Below, piece after piece: positions 24,039 through 37,609 of a stretch of DNA of 64,000 nucleotides; positions within the stretch are counted from its first letter, which is position 1, and every line of letters starts with the position of its first letter. Made by a program: the position numbers and the translations under genes. The notes beneath the pieces are model-generated. The model made no database searches and was not told the DNA's origin. It saw only the letters and a program-made list of their open reading frames with translations. Origin of the DNA: Schmidtea polychroa (lineage: Eukaryota); contig CM097885.1 in NCBI GenBank assembly GCA_044892525.1, positions 236,842,001-236,906,000 on the forward strand. Direction: 5' to 3'.

Positions 24039-25874
24039 CACCTAATTTCGAAATTTAATAACTACTATAATCTAAAAAAAATCAATAAATATATATTATT
24101 GGAACACACAAACTTACCTGTGTGTAGAAATTTATTGTTCCGAAATTTAGTAACTTTATTATAGGTTTTGTGAAGGTGAGAGAAAAATAACTGAACACAC
24201 CAACACAAAACACATAATGAAAAATGCATGCAAAATTCTTATATATGTTTTTGTTCCGAAATAAATAACTGTTAACATATTGTTAACATATTGTTAAAAT
24301 ATAATTATTTTAAAATTATTAAAAAATGGAAGAAAATACCTTTAATTTAGATTCCGGCAGCTCTACCTTGAGCTTTAGGGAAAAAGAAGAAAATACAATG
24401 TAAGTTTTATTCATTAAATTACAAAATATTAAAATATTTTATAGTATGTGTGAAGGCAGCATTTCAAATATTGAAAGTCCTTCGAGATCTTTTGATTTAC
24501 AGTAAGAAAAAAGCCATCGAAAATGAGCTGCAGAAAGAAGATTATAAAAATTTAAAAAACTATTTCATTCATGTACGCCGATTTTTTCCTAAATGTCTTA
24601 AAAAAATAAATGTGTTTGGTGATTACTTTATTTATTTATAAATATAAAAATATCTAACTTACATTTTAGCGAAATAATTCCATATTAATGCATAAAATAT
24701 CATAAATTTCCTAAAAAACACCTGAAATTTAATTATTAATATATTTATAAATGATAAATTATAAATGATGACTAACAGTAATATTTAAGAACTTGAATAA
24801 TGATCTCATAATTATATAAAATCAAAATTCAAGTCTTAAAATATACTTGAAATTAAAAAAATTACCTGAAAACCATTTTTAATAAATTGAATAAATGAAA
24901 TTTAATAACTTCATTTTCACGTAAATGGTGACTCACCTCAACTGGTGTGCACACCAACATGAATTATACACCAAACACCACTGAGATAATTTCTCTATAG
25001 TGGTGGTTTGCGTTTAGAGCGATTGCTCACTCACCAGTTTACTACTGATGAATTTTCTACTGATGAATTTTCTACTGATGAATTTTCTACTGATGTTGAT
25101 GATAAATAAAGCAAAGTTGTCAGTAATTTTTTTTACGTATGAATTGCTCATCATGAAATTTATTTTAGCCATTTTAGAAATGGTTTTCAGGTAAGATATT
25201 AAATTTAAAGTAAATTTTAAGACTTGAATTTTGATCCATATGGATATGAGATCATTTTTCAAGTTCTTAAATATTACTTTTAATCAACAATATAATTATA
25301 AATTATTTTTAATTAATTTTCAGGGATTTTTAGGAATTTTATGCCATTTATCATGGAATTATTTCGAAAAAATGTGAGTCCGATATATTTTTAATTATAA
25401 TTAATTAAATAAATAAATCAATCAATGTATTTTTTTAAAACATTTTGGGAAAAATTGCCGATTAGAATAATTTTTTTAATTTTTGTAATTTTTTTTGAGC
25501 TCAATATGAGGGGATTCTTAAAGGAAATCAAATCTGGAGTAAAATGATTTTGAACCAAATTCATCTGCTCTTGGTATTTTCATTAAAAATATAATTTAAA
25601 AAATGTTCAACGATCTTTTTTTTCTAAAAATTGTCTTTTGTTTGTGTTTTTTATTATGTGTTGTGCTTGTGTGCATTTTTTAATTTTCCTTCCACTTTTC
25701 AGATTTCTATAATATAAGATGTATCTCATTGAGCTATAAATGAGAACATCAACGTGAAATCAAAGTAAATATATATGTTTCTAGAATGTAAGATTTTTGA
25801 TTTTTTTGTTATATTATAGGAAATGGTTCTCAGTGGTGTTTGGTGTAGAGGTTATTAAATTTCGGAATTGGGTG
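24039..25874. mobile_element. Non-coding foldback/palindromic element with about 850-bp imperfect inverted arms
   Basis: CACCTAATTTCGAAATTTAATAAC / GTTATTAAATTTCGGAATTGGGTG ends flanked by TA. Internal mirrored blocks, e.g. 24780-24880 versus 25175-25275. Confidence 0.75.
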
Positions 25875-25888
25875 TATTTTGTTTTTTG

Positions 25889-25951
25889 TCGCGTCTGTGT
25901 GCGCGTGAATGTTGTAATTGTTTTCTTGTTTGTATGCGCATACAGACGCGA
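25889..25951. repeat. TCGCGTCTGTGTGCG inverted repeat, copy 1
   Basis: tcgcgtctgtgtgcgc-N31-gcgcatacagacgcga. Confidence 0.9.
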
Positions 25952-26068
25952 AGAATTGGTAGGTTTTATTTCTATTGGAAATGTAAATGAATTGATTTAG
26001 ATTTTTCTAGAAGTGTGGTTTTGTTGTTTAAAAGATAATTTCGGTGTTAGATAAAGTTCCTTTTTAAA

Positions 26069-26700
26069 ATGGCTTCAGATGTTAAATGTGATCCTTCAGT
26101 TGAAGAATATCTTAATTACATTAAATACAGATTCCAATATACAATCTTTGGACTCAACAAACCGAAGGATAGATTTATTCAATTATAAACTGGGGAATTA
26201 GGTACTCCTTATGAAAGATTCATATTACACATGATTGAAACATATGTTAAAGAAGGTTGCTATGTATTATATGACTATCAGGGTACTTAGGCGTTTATTT
26301 CATGGAAACCAGAAACAATGTAAATCAATAGTCGTGTGATCATGGCTGCTTCAACATCAAAGATTGCAACCAACATCTATCCAAACAGTCTTATTTCTGC
26401 TTCAAGGGATAAATCCATGATTATTTGGGATGACATTGAAAGTGATGTGGTTATGTCAAATGATGATGAATTTGCATTGTACGAATCATGGGACGGAACT
26501 TTAGTCTTGTGGGATTTATCCAAATTTATCTTCTTGCCAAACATATATGGGCTATGTGCTGCAACTAGATCGTCTATCCAGATTTGGCAGTCGGAAATTC
26601 TAATTTTCCTTAAAATGTCATTAATTTGTTCCGTTTCCAACGAAATTCCTGAAGTTCCAGTTCTTAACATATTATCAGGACATGTTTATGAAAAAAGAAT
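26069..26700 (+). pseudogene. Chimeric pseudo-ORF: cofilin/ADF, three RACK1 pieces and the PRP19 N-terminus
   Basis: Cofilin: MASDVKCDPS..CYVLYDY..AFISW.PET (3 stops). RACK1: [37 protein letters not shown] and F.PN.Y.LCAAT.SSIQIW. PRP19: [24 protein letters not shown]. All in one frame. Confidence 0.8.
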
Positions 26701-26772
26701 ACAGCTTTTTGTAAATTATTTGATTGAAATTAAAGTTCCAATGTATTCTCTTTCCTGTATTTACTCGAATCA

Positions 26773-26822
<50 letters not shown>

Positions 26823-26834
26823 GATTATTATTAA

Positions 26835-26939
<105 letters not shown>

Positions 26940-27566
26940 TACTATTACTATTTTCATTTTTGTTATTAGTTTTAATATTGAAAAATTTATTTTATTGACT
27001 CGATGAAGATCAAAATTTAAATCCGAAAGTTCTAATAATAACTTAATGAATAATTTTCACTAATAATAATCACTAGAGTAAATTCATAATTTTTTGCATA
27101 ATTGGCAAAATTAGTTTTTGATAAGCAAATAAAAATGTTTTAAAAAATTAATTTCTTATAGAAATTTACGAGTTATTGCTAGATGCGGGGAAAGGACTCC
27201 TTAGTTCATACTAGCTCACCATTAACACATTTTTCTACTACTTTAATTTATCAGTAACTTAATATTTTTTATTATATATCTTTATTTTGCTTGCAAGCAT
27301 ACCATACAGATTATTACTAGCAAAAGTTGCATTTAACTTTTTTCTACAAATTATAACAATATGCGTTTAATAAAGTAAAATAATCTAAACCATAATTTTT
27401 AGTATTTATTAATTATGCAGATATTTTTCAATTTAACCAATAAATATTCATTAAAATACAAAAAGCAAAATACAAAATAAGATTGGGAATTCAACGGTTG
27501 CAAATAAAAATATTATTCATTAAAAATTTCATGATTTATCATATTAATTTTCAAAAATAATAAGTA

Positions 27567-27815
27567 AAAATCAACCATAAAAAACATGGTTTTTGAAACT
27601 CTATATCAACATATCGATATTTTTAAAATTAATCCACTTTCCGTAATCAGATCGATCTGAAATTTTGATATCATGTACTGATCTCGATAACTAATCAACT
27701 TGCCAAATTTCAGCTCAATTCAATCACGGAAAGTAAGTTAATTTGTCCTCACAAAATTTGCGTGGCACATACAATCATACATCAGCGATGTTAATTAATA
27801 TAGAGAAAGAAAAAT
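27567..27815 (+). repeat. Dispersed non-coding repeat (DINE/Helentron-like); other copies at about 50386-50730 (+) and 40265-40630 (-)
   Basis: Shared TTCCGTAATCAGATCGATCTGAAATTTTGATA, CCAAATTTCAGCTCAAT and CCTCACAAAATTT.CGTGGCA blocks. The family assignment is an inference. Confidence 0.7.
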
Positions 27816-28037
27816 GACTCCAGGTGATCCACAGATTCAGACAACACTGATATTTTTCATCGGTCCACCCTGAGCTAAATAATTTTTTAGAATGAAATAT
27901 TATCAGTGATGGGCTGCCAAATTTTGAACAACCGGCTCGCTATTATTTCGAAGAAAAAAAACGGTAAATGAGTACATTGTCTTCATTAATTTTCTCCAGT
28001 ATAAAATATATTATATATGGTGAATTATGAGTTTATG

Positions 28038-28100
28038 TCGCGTCTGTGTGCGTTTTTTTTGCTTTTGACATTGGTTTTTTGTATGCACACACAGACGCGA
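28038..28100. repeat. TCGCGTCTGTGTGCG inverted repeat, copy 2
   Basis: tcgcgtctgtgtgcg...gcacacacagacgcga, 63-bp span. Confidence 0.9.
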
Positions 28101-28241
28101 TCAGTGTAATTTTAAAGATTTATTAGTCGGATTTGGATTGGAATTTTGGATTTGTTATGAAGTTTGAATTTGTCAAGTTTGTTTAAAAGATTGGGGGTTT
28201 CTGAAAGATTTTTTGAAAATAAATTTTTGTAAATTTGTTTA

Positions 28242-28790
28242 ATGGCTACGATTAATACAGATAATTACTATTATCATAAATGCAACAGTGACGTTCACAT
28301 ATCTCAGGATGGTACATGTGTGACGTGCAATGATGGATTTATTGAAAGAATTGAATCTGATAACTCAATGGAAAGTGATGATGATGCCTTGAATGTTTTT
28401 CATCTTATTCGTCATATTCCTGTTGGAAGTACTACAAACTAAACTGATGGTTCCTTTTTTATTACTCCAAGAGATCCTGATAACAGAAATAATGTTTTTG
28501 GCCAATTAATTTCAAATGTATTTGGTGGATTGCTACCTCTAGATTTTAGATCAGATTCGTCAGATTACATATTTTCAGATCAAAGTTTCGACAATTTTGT
28601 AACGAGAATTATGAATCAATTTGAACAGAGTGGTCCCCCACCAGCAAATGAGGCTGATATTGAGAAATTACAAGTCAAGAAAATCACCGAAGGTTCCAGT
28701 TGTCTGTCAGATTATGAAGTGGCCGATGAAGTGTACGAGATTCCCTGTCAGCATAGATACCAAGTTCAGTGTCGAAAAACGTGGTTAATT
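28242..28790 (+). pseudogene. Intronless RNF115/RNF126-like E3 ligase pseudogene
   Basis: N-terminal zinc ribbon Y.HKC..CVTCNDGFIE, then DY..DNFVTRIMNQFEQSGPPPA and an eroded RING-H2 (CLSDY..EIPCQHRY..C..WL). Stop at 28440. Confidence 0.8.
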
Positions 28791-29572
28791 AAACAATATA
28801 TATATATAACAAAAGAAAACATTCATTACACAAAAATCTGATAAATTCAAATTTAACAAACTAATGTGCATATTTTGCATAAACATGCTATTAAAATGGC
28901 TTATATTTTGATTTTAAGGGTAATTTAACAAGCGTTTCACCGAGTTTCAAAACTTTTAACAACCGGATAGACCCCACCTCTGAATATTATCTCAGATTAA
29001 TATTAAAAAGGACTCATTATCATTTAAAGTACAAAAAAAATTATAATTAAAATAAAATATTTCGAATCATTTTAATGACAACAAATAAAAATAAATACTG
29101 TTGTGAGAGAGATACCCGCACTGCAAGCTAATAATTGGGAAAGTGATAGAATTATAAGTCCAAACTTGTTTGAAAATTTATTGTATAAATATCGGTAAGT
29201 TTCAGCAGGCTTTACAAATAAATTTACAAATAATAATAGAAAATAATAATTAATATTAATAAAAAAATGACAAATAAATAAAACTAATTAATAAAAACTA
29301 ATTAAAAATATTTCAAAGTCCCATTAAGATTTATTTAATCAGTATTCATCTGCTTGAAAGCAATAATATTTATTAGCTACTGTCATTGAATGAGTAGTAA
29401 AAAGTTCAAAAAGTACTTCAGATGGCATAAATGTTACTGCATTTCAAGTATTACCAAGAGTTTAATTTGAAATTTAGTCCATGGTCACCAACTGACTATA
29501 TCTGAATATCTGCTCATCAAATAATTGGAAACTTATTCAACAAATTTATAACGATGATAAAATATACAAATT

Positions 29573-30109
29573 TCAAAATTTCCTGTTCATATAACACATT
29601 TCACAATTATAATCGGATATCCTATTAATGAAACTGCAACCAAAACATTCCCACTCATTTATTTTAGATCCTTTCCTTTGACATTCACTTTCTGTTTTCT
29701 GGTGCCAATATTTACATGTGCAATTTCTATTTCCCATGCTACAGTTGTCACATTTCCATTCATTCCTAACCTTTACATTCACAGTTTCCGCTTCACATTT
29801 TCGAACGTCTGAAAAGTATTTCGAAGTCTCGTTTTGTATAGACATTTTTCTACTTGGCATTTCGTTAATTGATGAGTAACAAACTTGGCATTTAGAGGTG
29901 CCCCTATCAATGATGTTATCACAATACTCACATGTTAAAATCCCCATATTCGATAAATTCATGTTTTTCGGAACTTCATTTTCCTTGATTAGATTTCGAT
30001 TCTTACAAGAACAATTTCCACAATATAATGAGCTGGATTTATTTTGCACATGACAATTGTGACATTTCCACGCGTTTTTGTACTTTGTTTTTTCCATAAA
30101 TAAATACAT
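29573..30109 (-). CDS. Intronless protein with multiple RanBP2/NZF-type zinc fingers
   Basis: WKCHNC...N......CGNC and WECFGC...N......CEMC fit W-x-C-x2-C-x3-N-x6-C-x2-C, plus two degenerate fingers. TATAAAAAG about 30 bp upstream. Confidence 0.75.
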   Translation of the reverse strand: MYLFMEKTKYKNAWKCHNCHVQNKSSSLYCGNCSCKNRNLIKENEVPKNMNLSNMGILTCEYCDNIIDRGTSKCQVCYSSINEMPSRKMSIQNETSKYFSDVRKCEAETVNVKVRNEWKCDNCSMGNRNCTCKYWHQKTESECQRKGSKINEWECFGCSFINRISDYNCEMCYMNRKF

Positions 30110-33100
30110 AATAAATTCTGAAACTTCAAATGCTTTTTATATGTATTTTTCTTTAATATTGCGCAATCATCTCATCATATAATAAAAAAGGAAATATTTT
30201 AATAATTATTCATACAAATAAAATAAACGGGGGTTTATCATATATAAATCTCCATGAAGTGCTTTTTAATGAAATTTATAATGATATAATAATATATGTG
30301 ACGTAATAAATAAATTAAATAATCAATAAATTTGTTACTGATTGAATATTATTTGAAGAGGACTGTAATATAATTAACAATATTTCACACAATACCTTCT
30401 TCACTAAATATTAATTCATTTATTGTCCTATAATATGATTTTTGGGGAACAGGTGGCTGGAAATTGAAATTTTTAGAAGCCAAAGTGTAAAGCATTTCTG
30501 GATAAGAGAAGCAGAAGAGTATAGGAAGCAGCTATGAGTCGGATTTTGCAGATTTCAATCTCCTGGTTTCACCTGGTGTTCGGAATTCTCTTTTAGTTCG
30601 ACCGCGTTTTCTGCTGGTCTTGTTTTACTATTGATATCTGGAATTTTATTAATGGTTGCCGATGCTACTCTGTTTATTTCTTTTAATGTCTTAATTAATT
30701 TTATCATTTGGATTGTCTCTGTGATCTAGGTTCCTCTTTTGGGTCACTTTATTTGGTTTCATCGTGGTTAGTTAGTTTTTTTGACTGTCGTCATTATCCC
30801 TCTCTGGATTTCTTAAATTATGTTCTTTCATTCTTTTTTTCATTATATTCTTTTATTATGTTATCTTGATTAACTGGGTTTTCATTGATGGTTGGTGCGA
30901 CTTTTCTCTTTGTTTCCTCCAGCATCTTTACTATTGTTGTCATTTGAGCTGAATCTGGTTCTTGCTGGGGTTTTATCTTTTGCTTCTGGTTTTCACATTG
31001 TCTTGGTAGCGTTGCTAATAGGGTTCTGATAGCTCTCACCTGGCTAATCTTTTGTTTTAGGATTTATTTTATCAACTGAGCTATTGGAAGGTTGTTTTTC
31101 TCTTCTGATTCTTTTAGGCATTGTAGACATTGTAATTTTACTTGTTCGTACTTCACATTGGGTCTTCTGCAAATTACTTGGCAATTACTGCAGGTACTGT
31201 CTTATCTTCTATATGGATGTTCTTTACCACATGTTGGCATTGGTTCTTCCGCTTAAAGGGTTCCTGACAGTCATCGCGATCATCATTATGATTAGGCTTC
31301 TTTCGATTCTCATCTTCAAATAAATATACTTAATTATGATAATATATACATTGACATGCTATTTACACAACTTTGGTTGCGGCATACTTTTAATTTTTCA
31401 ATCTCTTATCTCAAATTGGCTTTATTTACCTCGAAACATTGTCTTGCCACCTTTGTTTCTTGGTTTGCCTGTTGTATCGCTTTTTCACAATCCACTTTTA
31501 ATTTGGTAATGATCTCTACTTGATGTCACAGGTTTATATCTCTTTGTTACCGTTCATTTCTCGACTGATTTCATCTATTTCTGTTTGCAGCTATCTAATT
31601 TACAGGTCTTCCTCTTCTATCTGTTTTTTCTATATTGCGCCTTGATATTCGTGCATATTTATTTCTCTGGTTTGTTTCTTTAGAAATCTTTTCCGTCTTT
31701 GGTTTAAACGAGTCATAACTTGATGTTCTCCACTCAGTCTTTCGATTTCTCTTTATTGGCCTTTGACTGTTTCCCAAAGTTCATATTCGTCTTCCTTCCT
31801 GTGTAGCTGTCCCATTTCCTTTTTTACGTAAATTTCATGGAGTTTAGCTTCTTTTATTTTCTAAGATGCTCTTTGATCTTCTCTTTCATTTCCTTTTTCT
31901 TCTCATTGGTCAAAAATTATAATAAACTTTTTTTTCTGAAGAATTTAGAATTCTTAAAAGATTTTTAATTAAATATCCTTTAAAATTCAAAAAGACTCAT
32001 TATGAAAAATTTTTAAAATTTTTAAAGCTTCTATGATTAGCTCATAGAAACCTATTTTAATAAATAATATCTTAAAATATTTATAAAATATAGTTTCTAA
32101 TAACTATTTATATAAGCAATTTAAATATTTCACAAAATGTTTCTATTTTGATTTTAAAATCCTAATGATCTTATAAAATTATATTTTATCTATTTTTCTC
32201 TATTATTTTAAATTATTATTTTTTAATTTTTAATTTAATTTTTTAAAAACTATTCTCAAGGTCAAAAACAACAAATCATATTGATGATTTCATTGATCTC
32301 TTCTTTAGTGTTGATTGTTGACCATCTGTTTATTATGAGAATTGCTTCCTTAAATCTGACATTTTTTTAGATGTTTCCATTGGCTAACATTTTGATTGAA
32401 AAATCATATTTCAATCAAAATCTTAGCAGCATAAGGCTTAAATTATCATTTAATTTTTTTTAAATTTATAATTCTGCTACCAAGTAATCATCACTTTATA
32501 CCTAAAATATAAAGAGTTTTCCGTTTTTGAGGTTTAATATTGTGAAGTAATACTATTGACACTCCCTATTTGAAATAAAGTCTGGAGTAATTTAAGTTAA
32601 GGGTATACAAAAACTCAACTCAATCGTTTTCTCCCCCATAGACTTAAAAGATTCATATGTTATCATTCTTCAGATGCTTATTGTTCTACAATGAATATTC
32701 TTTATTCCTAAGTTCTTAGATTCCAGGTCACTTTTCTTAGCTAAAATATTGAAATATCTGTATTCCTAACATAGCTCGTTCGTAAAATTAATTTTTCTAT
32801 CCTCTTCAACTTACCCATCTTCTTCTTTAATAAAACTAAATAATTCAGAAAACTTGTTTACCTTATTATTTTCTTTAATACATTCCTTTATTTCTTCATA
32901 ACATTTATCCAAGTTGATTTCATTTTTATTTATAGTAAAATCGCCTTGATAATTTACATATATTTTAAGGTATAAACTTTTGTAATTTTAATAATTAGTA
33001 ATTAAAATTAGATCGACTTACGGCGTTAAAACAATAAGCGAAGATATATAACGAAAATGAAAAGTAACGAAATCTCACAGCTACCTTAATTTGCAGGAAT

Positions 33101-33592
33101 TAAATGTTTTCAAAAACAGTCGTCCTAGAAAATAATTGATAATGGGTAAACAAAAAAAACTATACGGCATTTGTAACGCCAAATTTGCACCATTTACCAT
33201 AAAATAAATGTTGTACCACGTTGAGTTTTTATATTTCAATATTATCTTATTTCAATAGTATTGCTACACAATATTAAACCTCAAAAATGGCACTCTTTAT
33301 ATTTTATATTGTAATTATTAATATTATGCTAATTATATCGAGGTATCGAAAAATCTCATTTTAGTTTGCAGCTTTGGCATCAAAAGTACGTCCCTGTAAA
33401 TTTCTAACTATCTAGCTGCAGTGGTTTAGGCTATGCAAACAACGAAAGGTGGCAAACAAACCCACAACCAAACAAACATATTTAGAGTTTTATATATAAG
33501 ATATAAATATTAATTTAAATATTAAACCCTTCCCATGGAAATTTGTTTCGCAATAGTCGCTACAAAAACTATTTTTATGTCAATAATTAAAT

Positions 33593-36179
33593 TATAGTTT
33601 CTGAAAACGGTACCTTTTGAAAATGTCAGTTTTTCCGTTTTTTATTTCCAAACACGGCCGTTAACGGCAGTTTTTTCTTATATATTAACCACTTGCGCTA
33701 TATTGACGTGCCAGGCACGTCTTGATGATTTTTTTCAGAACTGCAAGTGACGTGTATACCACGTCGATAGTATTTGTCGCAAAAACAAAAACAAAAATAG
33801 ACTATTGATTAATAAAATTTATTGTTGTTGTGAATAATTATTTATATTCGTGTAAATCCTTTATGTAAGACCCTACCCTCGCGCTAAGCACTGGTCAAAC
33901 CTCTGAGCTCGCTGACACGGTGAGGCGTCGATGCCTTACGATACTTTATATAGTAGAGCGCGGCTCAGCTACCGAAAATTAAATCATAGCGCAAGTGGTT
34001 AATAAAGTAAAATATAATTAAGGCAAATACATAAACAAACTCTTAAATTATGGTTTATTCATTATTTTCGTACTAAGCATTTAAATTATTTATTTTTTAT
34101 TAAACCACATTCTATTTTTTCGACTTGTTATAATAGAATTTGAGAAAAACTAGAGCATTAAGCGAATTATCTGACAATCTTGAGCGAATTTTGGTACAAA
34201 AATTTGTGCAAACTGAGAAAACTCGTTCTATATCAGTAGATGTTGATTTAATACAAAGAAGAGCATCATGTAATTTTTGTAAATTATCGGTTCGCTTCCC
34301 AGTATTGCGAAAAATATTAAACTCTTGTTTCAGCCACTTGAACTTATCACTCGATCCGATTGTAGTCATTGGAGCATCTTTATTCAGCAACATGTGTAAC
34401 TCATCTTGCAATGAAAGTTCTTTTGCAGCATCAGTTTGAGCATTGGATTCATCATTTAGGGTTGAATCGGCATCATTAGTTCCAAATAACCATGATGATA
34501 AATTTCCAGCAAAATCAATTAAGGATTTAGAAGGAATACTAGTAGAATCCCTAAGACTTTTTAACAAATTTTTAACATCACGATTCTATCTTTCGACTAT
34601 GCGCTTTTTGAGGTTGGCAAATAGTTCACTGCTAATGTCAGAATTCAATTCTGCGACCTTGCTATAAGTAAATTCAATAATTGTATCAGCATTCAACAAA
34701 GTCGAATCCCGTCTACTAAGAACTTCAACTGTGATTTTGATTGAAGCCATAGCCTGAAGAAGTGTTTCCAATCCATTGAAATCCAAATTGTTTATCATGT
34801 CCAAGTTATTCAATTCCGAGAACATTTCAAATAATGCAATTTTCGTCTGTGAAATTGGCTCAATCATTGTAGGAATCGAATTCCAACGGTGTTTAACATC
34901 CAAATAAAGTTCAATACCATGGCCGGGATGTAATTTGACTTTCTCTTGAAATATATGTCTACGAACCGTTGAATTTTTGATAAATTTAACCACTTCCCGT
35001 GTTCTTTTTAGCATTTCACGATGAAAGTCAATGTTCTCATCAAAGTGATCGTCAAGTATTTCCATATTTAATTCGTCTAAAGAATCATCTTCCTTGTATC
35101 AAGACTATCAAGATCACTTGTGTCGATTAAATTATCTCGCTTTTTATAAAGTGTATCACAAACCACTAAATGAATTGCATGAAAATTGACCAACAACGTC
35201 CATTATTTTCATGTATTTCTTATTTACGGTTACACCATTTTGCGTTGAAGCCACGATATCTCGATCTGATACTATACCAAATAATTTTAAATGATTCCTC
35301 ATGCAATCTGCCATGCTTTCAGTAGGACATGGTCCATAAATTCTCATGACGCTTGTTTATACCGAAATATCTTCTGCCACGAACTGTTGTATATTCGTCA
35401 ATAGAGATGGAAAGTTTTGCTCATTGTTTTATTTTCGCCTTGATTTCTTTGGTCTTTTCAGCTTTTTGGTCGCAATAGTGATCCATAATTAACTCCATGA
35501 CATCGCTTTCATTGGCAGGAAGCTTGAATCCATCTCGCTGAATAGATTTTCTTATATAATTATTTCTAGTTATTGCGCGGATAGTTATTCCGTCAGTAGC
35601 TAAGCCTGACACAATTTCATTTAATGATTGCTTTTGAACAAAATTCAGCATTGTTTTCATTTTCTTATTTACTGGCTGATGTGTATCTTGTGTATCTTCA
35701 TCTTCGACAAAAATTCCATGAGATTTCAAATGGTTTCTCAAAGAAGTGTATGATCCTTTTGAGCATTTAATTGATTTCCGATAATGATGATAAATACCGC
35801 TAATTTCCCTAGTAACTTTATCTTCAATTTTTGTCGCATAATCCCAAATCATGTCTGAACAAATAAATTAAATAAGAATGCTACACAAAGTAACAACATA
35901 ATTATAAAATACTTACTTGCTTAATCTCGCATTTTATGCATAAATTAAATATCAAAACATTGAAAAACTGAAAAACTGGAATTATTCAAATTTATCAATT
36001 TATCCAAAATATCAATCAGATCAAATTCCATTATATTTCAAAATCGTAAATTATGTAACTAATTTTTCCATAATGGGCAAAAATCGGAAAACGGTATCCA
36101 AAAACGGCCGTTTTCCGTTTTTTGTTTTCATTCAAAAATGGCCGTTTTTCCGTTTTCGTTAACAGTTTCAGAAACCCTA
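33593..36179 (-). mobile_element. hAT DNA transposon with fragmented transposase (34112-35852)
   Basis: BED-finger remnant (IWDY..LRNHLKSHG), DVKHRWNS and dimerisation motif TSTDIERVFS..RSRLSD. Imperfect TIRs TA(G/T)(G/A)GTTTCTGAAA with AAAACGG subterminal repeats. No TSD seen. Confidence 0.85.
33689..33998. mobile_element. piggyBac-type MITE (310 bp) nested in the hAT element
   Basis: 13-bp TIR CCACTTGCGCTAT. TTAA on both flanks (33685-33688, 33999-34002). Confidence 0.88.
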
Positions 36180-36967
36180 GTACTATATAATCAAATAATA
36201 ACATAAACATTTTTTTAAAAATTTTTTGAATGACATTATTAATTATTTTAAATATGGAAAGTCACGCGCATATATTTGATCGCCCAAAACGACACGGTTT
36301 ATTTTTCATGTATTTACATGCGGTCGCTTGAAAGTGGTTAACACTAAATTACTAAAATTAGGATTCTAGACTATTAAAATTATTATCATTTAATAAATAC
36401 AATGCCAATTGAAAAGAAATCAATAGTGAAAATTGAAAAAAGTTCTTATGTTATTATCATTATTATTATTACCAATATGATTGACAAATATTAGTAAGCA
36501 TAATATAAAAGAATCATTTTTTATATATTATATTGGCCTGAGCAGATTATTAATGCTGATGAAATGGGTCGCCTTTCCCCATACATTTGTTATTCTCGCA
36601 TTACACTGTTTTGTTTAACACGATGATCTAGTAGAACTTATATTCTGTGTTAAGCCAGGGATGGGTGTATCGGTCAGGTTTTTAAATGATAACACTATGA
36701 ATGAATTTATTGTATTGACTTGATTTGTTTGTGATTTTTCGTTCTAAAAATCATTTATTTTAGTTTTTTAAGTGTGTACCAGTGAAATAAAAAAGGATAA
36801 TAAAATTCATGTTTTCACTATAATCCAAACCGACATTGCCAGTAGTTTTCGGAACCACTGTTATTTGTTTTGTATATTTCCTTTATTATTCTTCCCTTTA
36901 CAATTTTTATTACGTAATAATAAAAAAAATATTATATATAAAGCATTTGAGATCTTGAAAATATATT

Positions 36968-37609
36968 ATGCATAAATTTTTGAAAGTAGCAAGTGACAAA
37001 GAGAAATTATGGGAAGCTGACTCTTCAGACACATCGGAAGAAAAACAAAAAGTATATAAATATTGGTTTTCAAAGTTTACCTTAGGAAATCAGGAAACAT
37101 TATTCAGCAAGGTTGTGGTCAAGAATTACAAAAGTGAAATACGAATCGGTCAAAGTCATTTTCAAAATAAAATATTGAAAGGATATTCTTACTTCATTGG
37201 GAAATATTTACCATTTGATAATAACAAAACCTTTTTAATAAAAGTAAAAATTCAAAATTCCCATCAAGCTTGTTATATTTATGGGCTAGATTTCAATAGC
37301 ATTGAAATAGTTAGCAGACAAAGCGCAAAACAAATCATTAAGACATCCAATTCACAGGTTTTTAATTACCAAAGATTCTCTTTAAAGGTCAGCGCAAGAA
37401 AGAAAGAAATAATCGACATGAAATTGGACATTATACCATCTTCAACAGATGTGGCGTACTTCATCTGTAACATCTTCGTCAATGACGGCATGAAGAAAGA
37501 AGAATTTCCAGATTATTTCGAAATGATATCTATAACTCAATATCTTTCAATTACTGATACTAAAAAATCCAAAACTATTTTCTCTTTGAAACCAAAATTA
37601 CTGAAATAA
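36968..37609 (+). CDS. Intronless 213-aa protein of unknown function
   Basis: Long ORF in very AT-rich DNA with TATATAAAG about 30 bp upstream. No recognised motif. Confidence 0.55.
   Translation: MHKFLKVASDKEKLWEADSSDTSEEKQKVYKYWFSKFTLGNQETLFSKVVVKNYKSEIRIGQSHFQNKILKGYSYFIGKYLPFDNNKTFLIKVKIQNSHQACYIYGLDFNSIEIVSRQSAKQIIKTSNSQVFNYQRFSLKVSARKKEIIDMKLDIIPSSTDVAYFICNIFVNDGMKKEEFPDYFEMISITQYLSITDTKKSKTIFSLKPKLLK

Noticed and set aside
30430..32960. Degenerate minus-strand coding-like, purine-biased region (possible gag relic); similar at 41060-41540
   Set aside because: There are many stops and no diagnostic motif I can identify, so it is left unannotated.
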